From assembly GCF_000011805.1 (NCBI RefSeq), contig NC_006840.2: a DNA stretch of 32,000 bases; one strand, 5' to 3'. This DNA is from Aliivibrio fischeri ES114 (lineage in GTDB: Bacteria > Pseudomonadota > Gammaproteobacteria > Enterobacterales > Vibrionaceae). Shown in pieces: positions 1-10,424 of the stretch; position 1 is the first letter of the stretch; each line of letters begins with the position of its first letter. The translations under genes were made by a program, and so were the position numbers. The notes under the pieces were generated by a model that saw only the letters and a program-made list of their open reading frames with translations, searched no databases and was not told the origin of the DNA.

Positions 1-75
1 ATAGCCCCACATAGTCTCTTTAATTTTTTAACCTAATCAATCTGTGTGAACACTCATAAACCGTAATCTATCGTT

Positions 76-1628
<1,553 letters not shown>

Positions 1629-1778
1629 AAGTTCTTTTGAACTCTTTCAGCAGAAAGAAGTTCGACTCAATGATTAATACTGATTGTTACATAAAAGTAA
1701 TTTTGTGTAGTCACTCAGTTCATTGATAATGTGTTGATTATCAATTCACAAGTGCCCACACAGATTGATTTGGTTAAA

Positions 1779-1790
1779 TTGTTAAAGAGC
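1779..1790 (-). promoter_or_regulatory. rrn leader boxA antitermination element
   Basis: The reverse complement reads GCTCTTTAACAA, matching the E. coli rrn boxA TGCTCTTTAACAA. It lies between the promoters and the 16S 5' processing stem, the expected order. Confidence 0.8.
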
Positions 1791-1837
1791 TTGTCTTTCA
1801 ACGACTTGCGTTTCCGTTTCGTCGTTTGAGGCTGCGT

Positions 1838-1865
1838 ATAATACAGAGCCAAATTATTAAGTCAA
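1838..1865 (-). promoter_or_regulatory. rrn P2-type sigma70 promoter
   Basis: Minus strand reads TTGACT (1865-1860), a 16-nt spacer, then TATTAT (1843-1838). It is about 115 bp downstream of P1, like E. coli rrn P2. Confidence 0.7.
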
Positions 1866-1951
1866 GGATTATTTTCAAATTATTTTGAAGTCCTAAAACT
1901 CATTGTTCTCATGGATAAAGTTATTTATCTTTTCCTTGGGAACGGAGGCGC

Positions 1952-2000
1952 ATTATAGAGAGCTAATTAGGATTGGCAAGCGATATTTAAAAATAATCAT
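1952..2000 (-). promoter_or_regulatory. rrn P1-type sigma70 promoter with AT-rich UP-like element
   Basis: Minus strand reads TTGCCA (1979-1974), a 16-nt spacer, TATAAT (1957-1952), then a GCGCC discriminator. This is the classic stringently controlled rrn P1 layout. Upstream 1980-2000 is A/T-rich (ATGATTATTTTTAAATATCG). Confidence 0.8.
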
Positions 2001-2164
2001 CTAAGTGATTATTTTCTACACAGATCACTTTTTTTCAAACAAACCCCCTACAAGAAATGAACAATGGCTTAATTAGTTGGCAATTGATACACAATATAAG
2101 TAGTATCAATGTGATTTTATTGTTAATTCATCACTTTCCATTTATTTACTAGACCTTACTTATC

Positions 2165-2646
2165 ATGAAATCTACTAATTCAAACATTGCTATTATTGCT
2201 ATCGCTGCACTAGGTGCAGGAGCAATCTCTTTATTTCCAACAGTATCTCCGGCTTTTGCTTTCGCTTTTGGCGCAGTGATTACAGGTTTTACGGTTTTAA
2301 CTATTAACAAAGCTCCAGCACAATCAAACTCAAATGATTCTGCTGATACTGCTCCAAACTCAGATCAAGCTAGTACTACATTATATGTGGGTAATTTACC
2401 TTATCGTGCAAATGAGTCAGATGTAAAAGAACTCTTTGCTGAATTTGGTGATGTATTTGCAGTACGTTTAATGAAAGACAAACGCACTGGTAAAAGAAGA
2501 GGCTTGGTTTCGTAGTAGTTGCAACAAAAGACGCTGACAACGTTATTGAAAATTTAAACAATAACGAATTTGATCAGCGAACTCTAAAAGTGCGTATTGC
2601 TAATGATCCTAAAACTTCGGGTAACCCAAACACTGAAGAGAACTAA
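2165..2646 (+). pseudogene. Membrane-anchored RRM (RNP-type) RNA-binding protein gene, interrupted by a 1-nt frameshift
   Basis: Frame 0 (2165-2515) encodes two hydrophobic segments, then RNP2 LYVGNL, and stops after KRRGLVS. From 2506 the -1 frame continues GFVVVATKDADNVIENLNNNEFDQRTLKVRIANDPKTSGNPNTEEN and stops at 2644-2646. Adding one T to the TT at 2504-2505 restores RNP1 as RGFGFV. Confidence 0.75.
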
Positions 2647-3409
2647 AATTTAGTTCTTTGAATGTATGATTTAGTGCCTCTTCTTTTATAGAGGGGGCAC
2701 TACAAAATACCTCACCTTCAAAAAGAACTGCACTTTCCACCTCATCCCCATTCAATAATTGTTTTACTCTTCTAGCTATTGCCTCTCCAGAATCAATAAG
2801 CAATATTTTATTTCCCAGTGCTTTTTTTATTTCATTCTTTAGAAAAGGGAAATGAGTACAACCTAGGACTATCGTATCTACTTTATTTTGCCAAGGAGAT
2901 AAAATCTCTTTTAGTTCCGTAATATCTACATCAATTCCGATCATTTTTTCTTCCGCCATTTCAACCAGTCGGGTTGAGCCTAATAGTTGAACATCTGATA
3001 TAGGAGCAAAAGATTTGATCAAATCATACGTGTAGCTTCTCTTTACTGTCGCAGGCGTTGCAAGTAAACCGATCTTATTTGATACAAGAGCTGCGGGTTT
3101 GATAGCAGGAACAACACCTACTACAGGTATATCTAATTTCTCCCTAAGAGAAGGAAGGACAACAGTACTTGCTGTATTACAAGCAATCACAACGATATCG
3201 ATAGGAAATTTAGAACATAACTTAGAGATAATGTGTGTCGTTCTTTCTATAAGTACAGATTCAGTTAGTTCACCATAAGGGAATGCCGCATTATCAAACG
3301 CATAAATATACTTAGCTAAAGGTAACTGATATTTAATTTCTTTATATACCGATAATCCACCGATACCTGAATCAAAAATCAAAATGTGTTTTGGCATAAC
3401 TGAAACCAC
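2609..3409 (-). CDS. murI: Glutamate racemase
   Basis: N-terminal ILIFDSGIGGLSVY, plus VIACNTAS and LGCTHFP cysteine motifs. Sits next to btuB and an rrn operon as in E. coli. The start may be the second Met at 3397. Confidence 0.9.
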   Translation of the reverse strand: MVSVMPKHILIFDSGIGGLSVYKEIKYQLPLAKYIYAFDNAAFPYGELTESVLIERTTHIISKLCSKFPIDIVVIACNTASTVVLPSLREKLDIPVVGVVPAIKPAALVSNKIGLLATPATVKRSYTYDLIKSFAPISDVQLLGSTRLVEMAEEKMIGIDVDITELKEILSPWQNKVDTIVLGCTHFPFLKNEIKKALGNKILLIDSGEAIARRVKQLLNGDEVESAVLFEGEVFCSAPSIKEEALNHTFKELNFSSLQCLGYPKF

Positions 3410-3462
3410 AGACTCTATTGTAAGCCGATATAAAAAGATGAGCTCTAATCATACCTCTTGCA

Positions 3463-4134
3463 CTAGTTTTGTAAAACAGAAGCGTTATAACGAAGATGAG
3501 TAAAGCGCTGTTGTTTTTCAATTTGCATATCAGATAATTGGATTGAACCTTTAAAGCATGGTGCGCTAACCACTAAAGAATGAAACTCACCATTTTCTCC
3601 GCAAGGATCTACTTCTATTGGTAACTGTGCAATCAATTCTCTTGTGTATACTTTTCCACAAAATTGATTATTAAGTTGAGTCCCATCAGTTGTAACAAGA
3701 ATAGTTTTAATACCTAATGAAATAATCTCCTCAGCCAAGTCTCTGCTTGATTGCCCTATTAAAGGAAAAACACAGTCCCAACCTGCTTTTTCGATATAGC
3801 TTTTACGATAATCAACAATGCCATTGCAAAACATGTCACCGAAAGCAACAGAATCAAACTCAATACCACATTCTTTTAAACCAGTTATGACTAAACTTTG
3901 ATATTCATTGTTGGCAGGGAACACGGTTGGCAATTCGATTGTGATTAATGGCAGGTCGACTAAATCAGCTTGCATTTGAACAACTGATAATGGAGTTACT
4001 TGAAATGGGACTTCATTTGCTACATGTGTCGTATATAAAGCAACAACTTCATAGTCTGGATTCTCAAGCAATCGAATAAGAGTGAGTGTTGAATCCTTTC
4101 CTGATGACCAACTAATAATAACTTTCTTTTTCAT
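3463..4134 (-). CDS. PP-loop ATP pyrophosphatase, Dph6/MJ0570-related (DUF71 family)
   Basis: PP-loop SWSSGKDS near the N terminus and a GENGEFHS motif near the C terminus. GAGGT Shine-Dalgarno lies 4 nt before the ATG. Confidence 0.65.
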   Translation of the reverse strand: MKKKVIISWSSGKDSTLTLIRLLENPDYEVVALYTTHVANEVPFQVTPLSVVQMQADLVDLPLITIELPTVFPANNEYQSLVITGLKECGIEFDSVAFGDMFCNGIVDYRKSYIEKAGWDCVFPLIGQSSRDLAEEIISLGIKTILVTTDGTQLNNQFCGKVYTRELIAQLPIEVDPCGENGEFHSLVVSAPCFKGSIQLSDMQIEKQQRFTHLRYNASVLQN

Positions 4135-4148
4135 TCATACCTCAAAAT

Positions 4149-4172
4149 GAAAAACCGCCAATGAAGGCGGTC
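4149..4172 (-). terminator. Rho-independent terminator after btuB
   Basis: Minus strand has ACCGCC / GGCGGT stem (4166-4171 pairs with 4154-4159) and a 6-nt loop, followed by TTTTT. Confidence 0.7.
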
Positions 4173-4182
4173 TTAAATCAAA

Positions 4183-6030
4183 TTAAAATTGATAATCTAA
4201 ACTAACATAATATGAGCGCTCTGCAGGTTTATAGCCACCCGCCGTTTCATATTCTTCATCAAATAAGTTTTCAACTCGACCTCGAACAGCAAGATCTGAC
4301 GTTACCCAATAAGCAGCAGCAACACTCCACAATGAATATGGATCAAGATAAGCGGTTTCAACACCTGGGGCTGAAGGTAAATCAGAGCGCTTTCCTGTAT
4401 AAATATAAGAAAGGTTCAGGTCTAAATCTCCTAAACTTACATTACCCATCCATTTATAATTCTGTTTTGCTCTTCTTGCTAGTTGTTGACCTTCTGTATC
4501 CTCATGATCTTTATACTCAGCGATCAATGTATGAGAAATAACTCCAGTATCAAATAACAACTCTAACTCAGCACCTTTAATATCAGCATCAACATTCGCA
4601 CTATAGCCTGCAAAATTTGGAGCGTCATAATATACAATTAAATTATCTACACGGTTCTTATAAAGAGATAAATTAACATTAACTAGGCTATATACTGCTG
4701 CAAGACTAACATCAATATTTTTTGACGTTTCCGGCTCTAAATCTGGAGCTGTCGATAAGTCATAAAATGATGGCGCTTTAAACGCTGTATTATAAGCAGT
4801 ACTTACTTTGTAAATATCATTAATTTGATAACTCGCACCAACACCCCACGTTGTATATTCATCATATTTATCGTGCTTATCAAATCGAGTATTTGCTTCT
4901 AACTTTAATTGCTCTAGTTGATATTGAGTTCCAAGATAGACGCCAGTCGACGTGCGACTTTCACCTTCATTAATAATTACCTTATTTGACCAATCAGTAA
5001 TGTCAGCTTTCACTTTCGCATCAGTCCAATCAACACCAGCATTAACTAACCAATCATTCGTTAATTTGATTTGATTAGCCCATTGCATATTTAACTGATC
5101 AATTTTTTGCTCTGAATCGAGATCTCCATTCTCATGGTATTCCAAAGTTTGGTCATCTTGATAACTAATACTTAGATTTGATGAAACCGCATCTTTATGA
5201 AAAGATAATTTTGAAGAATAAACCGTAGATTCTGATTCTGAGCGAGATTTCGTATTTGTATAATGGTTATATTCTGATGTACTATTAAACCATCTAACAC
5301 CAGTAAAAAGACTTACATAAGAAGAAAGCTGGTGCTCGTAGTTCAACATAAACTGGCTATTTTCAAAGCCATGTTTATCTCCATCATTTAATCCCGGCTG
5401 AGGATTAACATTGTAGCCTTCTGTTTGGGTGAATCCGGCAGCCATTTTTAAATGTCCGTTTTCACCTACCTTAGTGTTAGCTGCAAAGTTTCCTTCTTTA
5501 TATCTATCACTACCAGCACCAATTGTTGCTGATTTCGACTGATTATCAGAAGACGTTCTAGTGATGATATTAATCACACCACCAACAGCATCGGAGCCAT
5601 ACATTACAGCTCCAGAACCACGAATTATTTCAATTCTTTCAACTTGGTTTACAGGGATCTTATTAATGTTCATTCCACTTTTAATGGAACTGTTCATTCT
5701 AAAACCATCAATTAAAATCAATACATGATCAGAGTTAGTTCCTCTCATAAAAATAGAGGCATTTTGACCAATACCACCATTGCTTGCGACTTCTATCCCA
5801 GGTTGCAACCTTAAAATGTCCGTCATCGTTTTTGCTTGAATCTGAACAATCTCTTCTTTGGTGACTACACTCATTGGTGCAATAACATCTTCTGTTGACT
5901 GCTCAAATCTGTTCGCAGTAACAACCATTGTTTCATCGGTTTCTGTTGTGGTATTTTGAGCAAATACAGGGGATGTATAGGCGTGTGAAAGCAGCGACAC
6001 TACAGCTGTCGCTAAGGCGGTTTTCTTCAT
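4183..6030 (-). CDS. btuB: TonB-dependent vitamin B12 outer-membrane transporter
   Basis: Signal peptide, TonB box ETMVVTANRFEQS, C-terminal aromatic residue (YQF), and a cobalamin riboswitch upstream. Confidence 0.9.
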   Translation of the reverse strand: MKKTALATAVVSLLSHAYTSPVFAQNTTTETDETMVVTANRFEQSTEDVIAPMSVVTKEEIVQIQAKTMTDILRLQPGIEVASNGGIGQNASIFMRGTNSDHVLILIDGFRMNSSIKSGMNINKIPVNQVERIEIIRGSGAVMYGSDAVGGVINIITRTSSDNQSKSATIGAGSDRYKEGNFAANTKVGENGHLKMAAGFTQTEGYNVNPQPGLNDGDKHGFENSQFMLNYEHQLSSYVSLFTGVRWFNSTSEYNHYTNTKSRSESESTVYSSKLSFHKDAVSSNLSISYQDDQTLEYHENGDLDSEQKIDQLNMQWANQIKLTNDWLVNAGVDWTDAKVKADITDWSNKVIINEGESRTSTGVYLGTQYQLEQLKLEANTRFDKHDKYDEYTTWGVGASYQINDIYKVSTAYNTAFKAPSFYDLSTAPDLEPETSKNIDVSLAAVYSLVNVNLSLYKNRVDNLIVYYDAPNFAGYSANVDADIKGAELELLFDTGVISHTLIAEYKDHEDTEGQQLARRAKQNYKWMGNVSLGDLDLNLSYIYTGKRSDLPSAPGVETAYLDPYSLWSVAAAYWVTSDLAVRGRVENLFDEEYETAGGYKPAERSYYVSLDYQF

Positions 6031-6084
6031 TTCCGTTGTTTCCTAAAATCGCGTTAAGTCCATATAGCAATACGTAATGTATTA

Positions 6085-6260
6085 CTTATTGCTGGCAGGT
6101 CTTCGGACTTGAGAGCAGTTAACCTAGAGTACTCACTTCCCATTATTCGTCGATATCCTTAAACATCTAAAATTAACAGTGTGAAAAATTGTACCTTCGT
6201 TCTCTCTTACCGCTGCGCGTCAGTTCTGGATTTTCACCAGATTCCCTATTCAGGCTATAA
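6085..6260 (-). promoter_or_regulatory. Cobalamin (B12) riboswitch in the btuB leader
   Basis: Minus strand reads AATAGGGAATCTGGTGAAAATCCAGAACTGACGCGCAGCGGTAAGAGAG ... GGGAAGT ... then the B12 box AGTCCGAAGACCTGCC (6109-6094). It is nearly collinear with the E. coli btuB leader as I recall it. Confidence 0.88.
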
Positions 6261-6442
6261 TTAAAAATAGCGCACCAACATGGGCGAAATAGTAGTGACC
6301 TACACTATCTTTGTCTAGGTTTATGCGCTCAATATCACGTCTTAGTATTAATTAGTTTCGATCAATAACACACAAATACTGGACAACAGATCTCTATCGC
6401 ATAAAATCGGCGCTCTTATTTTGAGCAGCGTGAGGCAAGACG

Positions 6443-7549
6443 ATGACACAATCAGTCATGAACCCAGAAAATTATCAAGTACAGTTAGATGAAAAAGCAG
6501 AAGCACTCTCTGCTATGTTTTCTGAATTTAATGTTCCAGAACTAGAAGTCTTTTCCTCTCCTGCTGAAAACTACCGCATGCGTGCTGAATTTCGTGTGTG
6601 GCATGAAGGTGACGAAATGTATTACGTCATGTTCAACCAAGAAACCAAAGAAAAATACCGTGTTGATTACTTCTTACCTGCAAGCCGTTTAATTAACGAT
6701 TTGATGCCATTACTAACAGAAGCAGTAAAAGAGAGTAAAACACTTCGCTATAAAATGTTCCAAGTGGATTTCTTATCAACCCTTAGTGGCGAAATTTTGG
6801 TGTCGATGCTTTATCACCGTCAACTAGATGATGCTTGGAAAGAAGAAGCGAAAGCATTAAAACAACGTCTGAATGATGAAGGTTTTAACCTAAATATCAT
6901 TGGTCGTGCACGTAAAATGAAAATCGTTTTAGACCAAGAGTTTGTTATTGAAAAACTTAAAGTTAATGACGACATCTTAACGTATAAGCAAGTTGAGAAT
7001 AGCTTTACACAACCAAACGGCATTGTTGCTCAAAAAATGCTGGAATGGGCAGTGGATTGTACACAAAACAGTCAAGGCGACCTACTTGAATTATATTGTG
7101 GTAACGGTAACTTCTCATTGGCATTAGCGAAAAACTTTGATCGTGTTTTAGCAACCGAATTAGCTAAACCATCTGTTGATTCTGCTCAATACAACATTGC
7201 AGCAAATAACATTGATAATGTACAAATCATTCGAATGTCAGCTGAAGATTTTACTGATGCTATGGAAGGTAAACGTGAATTTAGACGCTTAAAAGATCAA
7301 AACATCGATTTAAAAAGCTATAACTGCAACACTATCTTTGTTGATCCACCTCGTTCTGGAATGGATGAAGGGACTTGTAAGATGGTTCAAGGTTACGAGC
7401 GTATTATGTACATCTCTTGTAATCCTGAAACGCTAAAAGAAAACTTAGAAATTTTAAGCCAAACACACAACATTACGCGTTTTGCTTTATTTGACCAGTT
7501 CCCATACACACACCATATGGAAGCAGGCGTTTTCTTAGAAAGAAAATAA
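6443..7549 (+). CDS. trmA: tRNA (uracil54-C5)-methyltransferase
   Basis: SAM motif [26 protein letters not shown] catalytic cysteine region. Divergent from btuB as in E. coli. Confidence 0.9.
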   Translation: MTQSVMNPENYQVQLDEKAEALSAMFSEFNVPELEVFSSPAENYRMRAEFRVWHEGDEMYYVMFNQETKEKYRVDYFLPASRLINDLMPLLTEAVKESKTLRYKMFQVDFLSTLSGEILVSMLYHRQLDDAWKEEAKALKQRLNDEGFNLNIIGRARKMKIVLDQEFVIEKLKVNDDILTYKQVENSFTQPNGIVAQKMLEWAVDCTQNSQGDLLELYCGNGNFSLALAKNFDRVLATELAKPSVDSAQYNIAANNIDNVQIIRMSAEDFTDAMEGKREFRRLKDQNIDLKSYNCNTIFVDPPRSGMDEGTCKMVQGYERIMYISCNPETLKENLEILSQTHNITRFALFDQFPYTHHMEAGVFLERK

Positions 7550-7553
7550 ACTT

Positions 7554-7592
7554 AAAAAAAAGGCTCAGAGCGTAATGTTCTGAGCCTTTTTT
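7554..7592. terminator. Bidirectional rho-independent terminator (trmA / yijD)
   Basis: AGGCTCAGA (7561-7569) pairs with TCTGAGCCT (7579-7587). An A-run lies on the left and a T-run on the right. Confidence 0.85.
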
Positions 7593-7604
7593 ATGAACGG
7601 TTAT

Positions 7605-7979
7605 TTATATTTCTGTGTGAGTATCTTTCTTTTTCAAAATACCCATTTTTACACCAATCCAAAGTAACAAAGCCAGAGCAACTAGAATCGAAAAGAAATT
7701 AGAACCCGCTTCTGGATATTGTGCTTTTGCTAATGCTGAATGACCAAACAATCCTACAAAAAAACAAGCCACTGCAATAAGCGGAGTATCTTCACTCACT
7801 GGCGGTCGTAAGTATTCTTGATATAAACCTTGAGCCGCTAGAACCAATGCAATAATCGGAAAAATTGAGAAAGCAACTTCAGTTACTGTTAATCCAACCC
7901 AAACGGCATTTAAACAAAGACCTGCCACCACTGATAGCACTAATGTCTTTCGTTCATTTCTACTATTTTCATGTGTCAT
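7605..7979 (-). CDS. yijD: Inner-membrane protein YijD (DUF1422)
   Basis: Four hydrophobic segments and similarity to E. coli YijD (for example SNFF...WIG.KM). Lies directly downstream of fabR as in E. coli. Confidence 0.75.
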   Translation of the reverse strand: MTHENSRNERKTLVLSVVAGLCLNAVWVGLTVTEVAFSIFPIIALVLAAQGLYQEYLRPPVSEDTPLIAVACFFVGLFGHSALAKAQYPEAGSNFFSILVALALLLWIGVKMGILKKKDTHTEI

Positions 7980-8029
7980 GTTTTTACCTCATACAGACAT
8001 TGATTCACTGCGAACAATGTACCTAAATT

Positions 8030-8707
8030 CTATTTTTCATTCTCTTTACGGTACCAGTAGGCCCCTTTAGAGAGCATTCGTAATTGAAAAATCAGTCGCT
8101 CAGATAATTCAGTTCGTGATGCCGAGTCTAAATCTAATGCCTCTGCCCCTGAGCTAAATACAAGCGTTACCGATGCTTCAGCCTGAACCAATGCTTCTTC
8201 ACGAGCTACCCCTGTTGTGGCAACTAAATATTCGGTAAGTTCCGCAACAAAGTGTTGGATTTCTCTTGCTACCGCGGCACGAAAAGCGGGTGATGTTCCT
8301 GAGCGTTCACGTAGTAATAAGCGAAAGACGTTAGGACTTCCCTCAATAAACTCCATGAAAGTTTCAACAGAAGTTCTAATGACACTCCCTTCAACTACGA
8401 TACGTTGACGAGCCTGTCTCATTAATTGACGTAATATCAAACCACCTTCATCTACTAGAGTTAGGCCTAACTCATCCATATCTTTAAAGTGTCGATAAAA
8501 AGACGTTGGAGCAATTCCAGCTTCTCGAGTAACTTCTCGTAAGCTTAAGCTTGTAAAACCTCGCTCGGCACATAATAGGCAAAAAGCAGCGTCAATAATG
8601 GTTCTTCGAGTTCTTTCTTTTTGTTGAGCACGAACGCCTTTTGCACTCACTGGGCGCTTTACTTCTGAGACTGCATTGAGATCATCAACTTCAAATTCAG
8701 GATACAT
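8030..8707 (-). CDS. fabR: TetR-family repressor of unsaturated fatty-acid synthesis FabR
   Basis: [12 protein letters not shown]...[21 protein letters not shown]...[10 protein letters not shown] are near-identical blocks to E. coli FabR. The true start is uncertain; an internal GTG is possible. Confidence 0.9.
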   Translation of the reverse strand: MYPEFEVDDLNAVSEVKRPVSAKGVRAQQKERTRRTIIDAAFCLLCAERGFTSLSLREVTREAGIAPTSFYRHFKDMDELGLTLVDEGGLILRQLMRQARQRIVVEGSVIRTSVETFMEFIEGSPNVFRLLLRERSGTSPAFRAAVAREIQHFVAELTEYLVATTGVAREEALVQAEASVTLVFSSGAEALDLDSASRTELSERLIFQLRMLSKGAYWYRKENEK

Positions 8708-8941
8708 ATACTTTACCGTTTGTTGTGTGATTTAATTAAATGGGTATCACAAACTTCCGCCAACCCACATTATCGATTTCTACTTACCTATGTAAATAAT
8801 GAAATCACTAATACGACAGATTTCCATAAACAACGTGATCCTCTCCACTCTATCTTAATCACTTGATTTACCAAACGAATGAAAAGGTTAAAATACTTTG
8901 TTAGCAATGTTGCGATATTGATAATAATTAAGGCGCTAATA

Positions 8942-10357
8942 ATGACTAATTCAACCCCAATACGTTCAACCCATTTTGATGCCATTGTAATTGGTAGTGG
9001 CCCAGGGGGTGAAGGGGCTGCAATGGGTCTTACTAAAGCTAACTTAAATGTCGCAATTATAGAAAGAGAACCAAGTGTCGGTGGCGGTTGTACACACTGG
9101 GGAACCATTCCATCGAAAGCACTTCGTCATGCCGTTAGCCGTATTATCGAGTTTAACTCAAACCCTCTTTACTGTAAGAATAATACCAGTCTTCATTCTA
9201 CTTTTTCGGATATTTTAGGTCATGCGAAAAGTGTAATAGATAAGCAAACTCGTATGAGACAAGGGTTCTACGATCGCAACCAATGCTCACTCATCTTTGG
9301 AGAAGCGAGTTTCGTAGAAAAAAATACCGTTGCTGTTACAGCAAAAGATGGCTCTATTGAAACCTACACCGCCGACAAATTTATTATCGCTACTGGCTCT
9401 CGTCCATATCGACCTGAAGGCATTAATTTTAACCATAGTCGTGTTTACGACAGTGATTCTATCTTATCCCTTAAGCACGATCCTCGTCATATCATTATTT
9501 ACGGTGCTGGTGTTATTGGTAGTGAATACGCTTCTATTTTTCGAGGGTTAGGTGTAAAGGTAGATTTAGTAAATACTCGAGATCGCCTACTTTCCTTTTT
9601 AGATAATGAAATGTCAGATGCACTTTCCTATCATTTTTGGAACAGTGGTATCGTCACTCGCAATGATGAAAATTTTGAGCACATCGAAGCAAACGATGAC
9701 GGTGTAATCATGCATTTAGAATCAGGCAAAAAAATGAAAGCCGATTGCATACTTTTTGCAAATGGACGAACAGGTAATACGGACAAGCTAAACCTTTCAG
9801 CTGTTGGTCTTGAAGCTGATTCTCGTGGTCAATTAAAAGTAAATGATAATTACCAAACAGACGTCGAGCACATTTATGCGGTTGGTGATGTGATTGGATA
9901 CCCAAGCTTAGCCAGTGCCGCCTATGACCAAGGACGATTTACCGCTCAAGCCATTACTAAAGGCAAAGCAGAAGCTAGACTCATCGATCATATTCCTACT
10001 GGAATTTACACCATCCCAGAAATTAGCTCTGTAGGAAAAACGGAACAAGAACTTACCGCTGCAAAAGTACCTTACGAGGTTGGCCGCTCATCATTTAAAC
10101 ATTTAGCACGAGCACAAATTGCAGGTAAAGATATAGGTAGCCTAAAAATATTATTCCATCGTGAAACCAAGGAGATATTGGGCATTCATTGCTTTGGTGA
10201 ACGTGCGGCTGAAATCATTCATATCGGTCAAGCCATTATGGAGCAAAAAGGCGAAGCTAATACTATTGAGTATTTTGTTAATACCACATTTAACTACCCT
10301 ACTATGGCAGAAGCTTATCGAGTTGCCGCACTCAATGGTCTAAATAGATTATTCTAA
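8942..10357 (+). CDS. sthA: Soluble pyridine nucleotide transhydrogenase
   Basis: [19 protein letters not shown]...[26 protein letters not shown] prefer the ATG at 8942 (TAAGG Shine-Dalgarno 8 nt upstream) over the track start 8879, which adds a hydrophobic extension absent from SthA. Confidence 0.9.
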   Translation: MTNSTPIRSTHFDAIVIGSGPGGEGAAMGLTKANLNVAIIEREPSVGGGCTHWGTIPSKALRHAVSRIIEFNSNPLYCKNNTSLHSTFSDILGHAKSVIDKQTRMRQGFYDRNQCSLIFGEASFVEKNTVAVTAKDGSIETYTADKFIIATGSRPYRPEGINFNHSRVYDSDSILSLKHDPRHIIIYGAGVIGSEYASIFRGLGVKVDLVNTRDRLLSFLDNEMSDALSYHFWNSGIVTRNDENFEHIEANDDGVIMHLESGKKMKADCILFANGRTGNTDKLNLSAVGLEADSRGQLKVNDNYQTDVEHIYAVGDVIGYPSLASAAYDQGRFTAQAITKGKAEARLIDHIPTGIYTIPEISSVGKTEQELTAAKVPYEVGRSSFKHLARAQIAGKDIGSLKILFHRETKEILGIHCFGERAAEIIHIGQAIMEQKGEANTIEYFVNTTFNYPTMAEAYRVAALNGLNRLF

Positions 10358-10362
10358 TTATA

Positions 10363-10393
10363 AAAAAGGGCTGCATGCTGCAGCCATTTTTTT
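10363..10393. terminator. Bidirectional terminator (sthA / dinF)
   Basis: GGCTGCA (10369-10375) pairs with TGCAGCC (10379-10385), flanked by AAAAAA and TTTTTTT. Confidence 0.85.
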
Positions 10394-10424
10394 GTATAAC
10401 TATCAATTAGGTAACGCATTTGGC

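Noticed and set aside
1-8. Possible 5' end of a spacer tRNA-Ala on the minus strand; the reverse complement of 1-8 is GGGGCTAT, the first bases of tRNA-Ala(UGC)
   Set aside because: Only 8 nt are inside the window, which is far too little to call a tRNA. It is plausible for a Vibrio-type 16S-23S spacer but unsupported here.
2495-2515. Programmed -1 ribosomal frameshift as the explanation for the split RRM gene
   Set aside because: There is no X-XXY-YYZ slippery heptamer at the junction (AAGAAGAGGCTTGGTTTCG) and no obvious downstream stimulatory hairpin or pseudoknot. A 1-nt indel or sequencing error is the simpler explanation.
8726-8751. CRP-like half sites TGTGA ... TCACA in the fabR-sthA spacer
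   Set aside because: The half sites are 16 nt apart instead of the 6 nt required for a CRP site. At most this is a weak inverted repeat.
8788-9108. Track ORF 8788-9108(-), and the 8879 start with its N-terminal extension of sthA
   Set aside because: The minus ORF is antisense to the sthA 5' end and has no homolog pattern. The extension [21 protein letters not shown] precedes the conserved SthA N terminus, and the better Shine-Dalgarno-linked ATG is at 8942.
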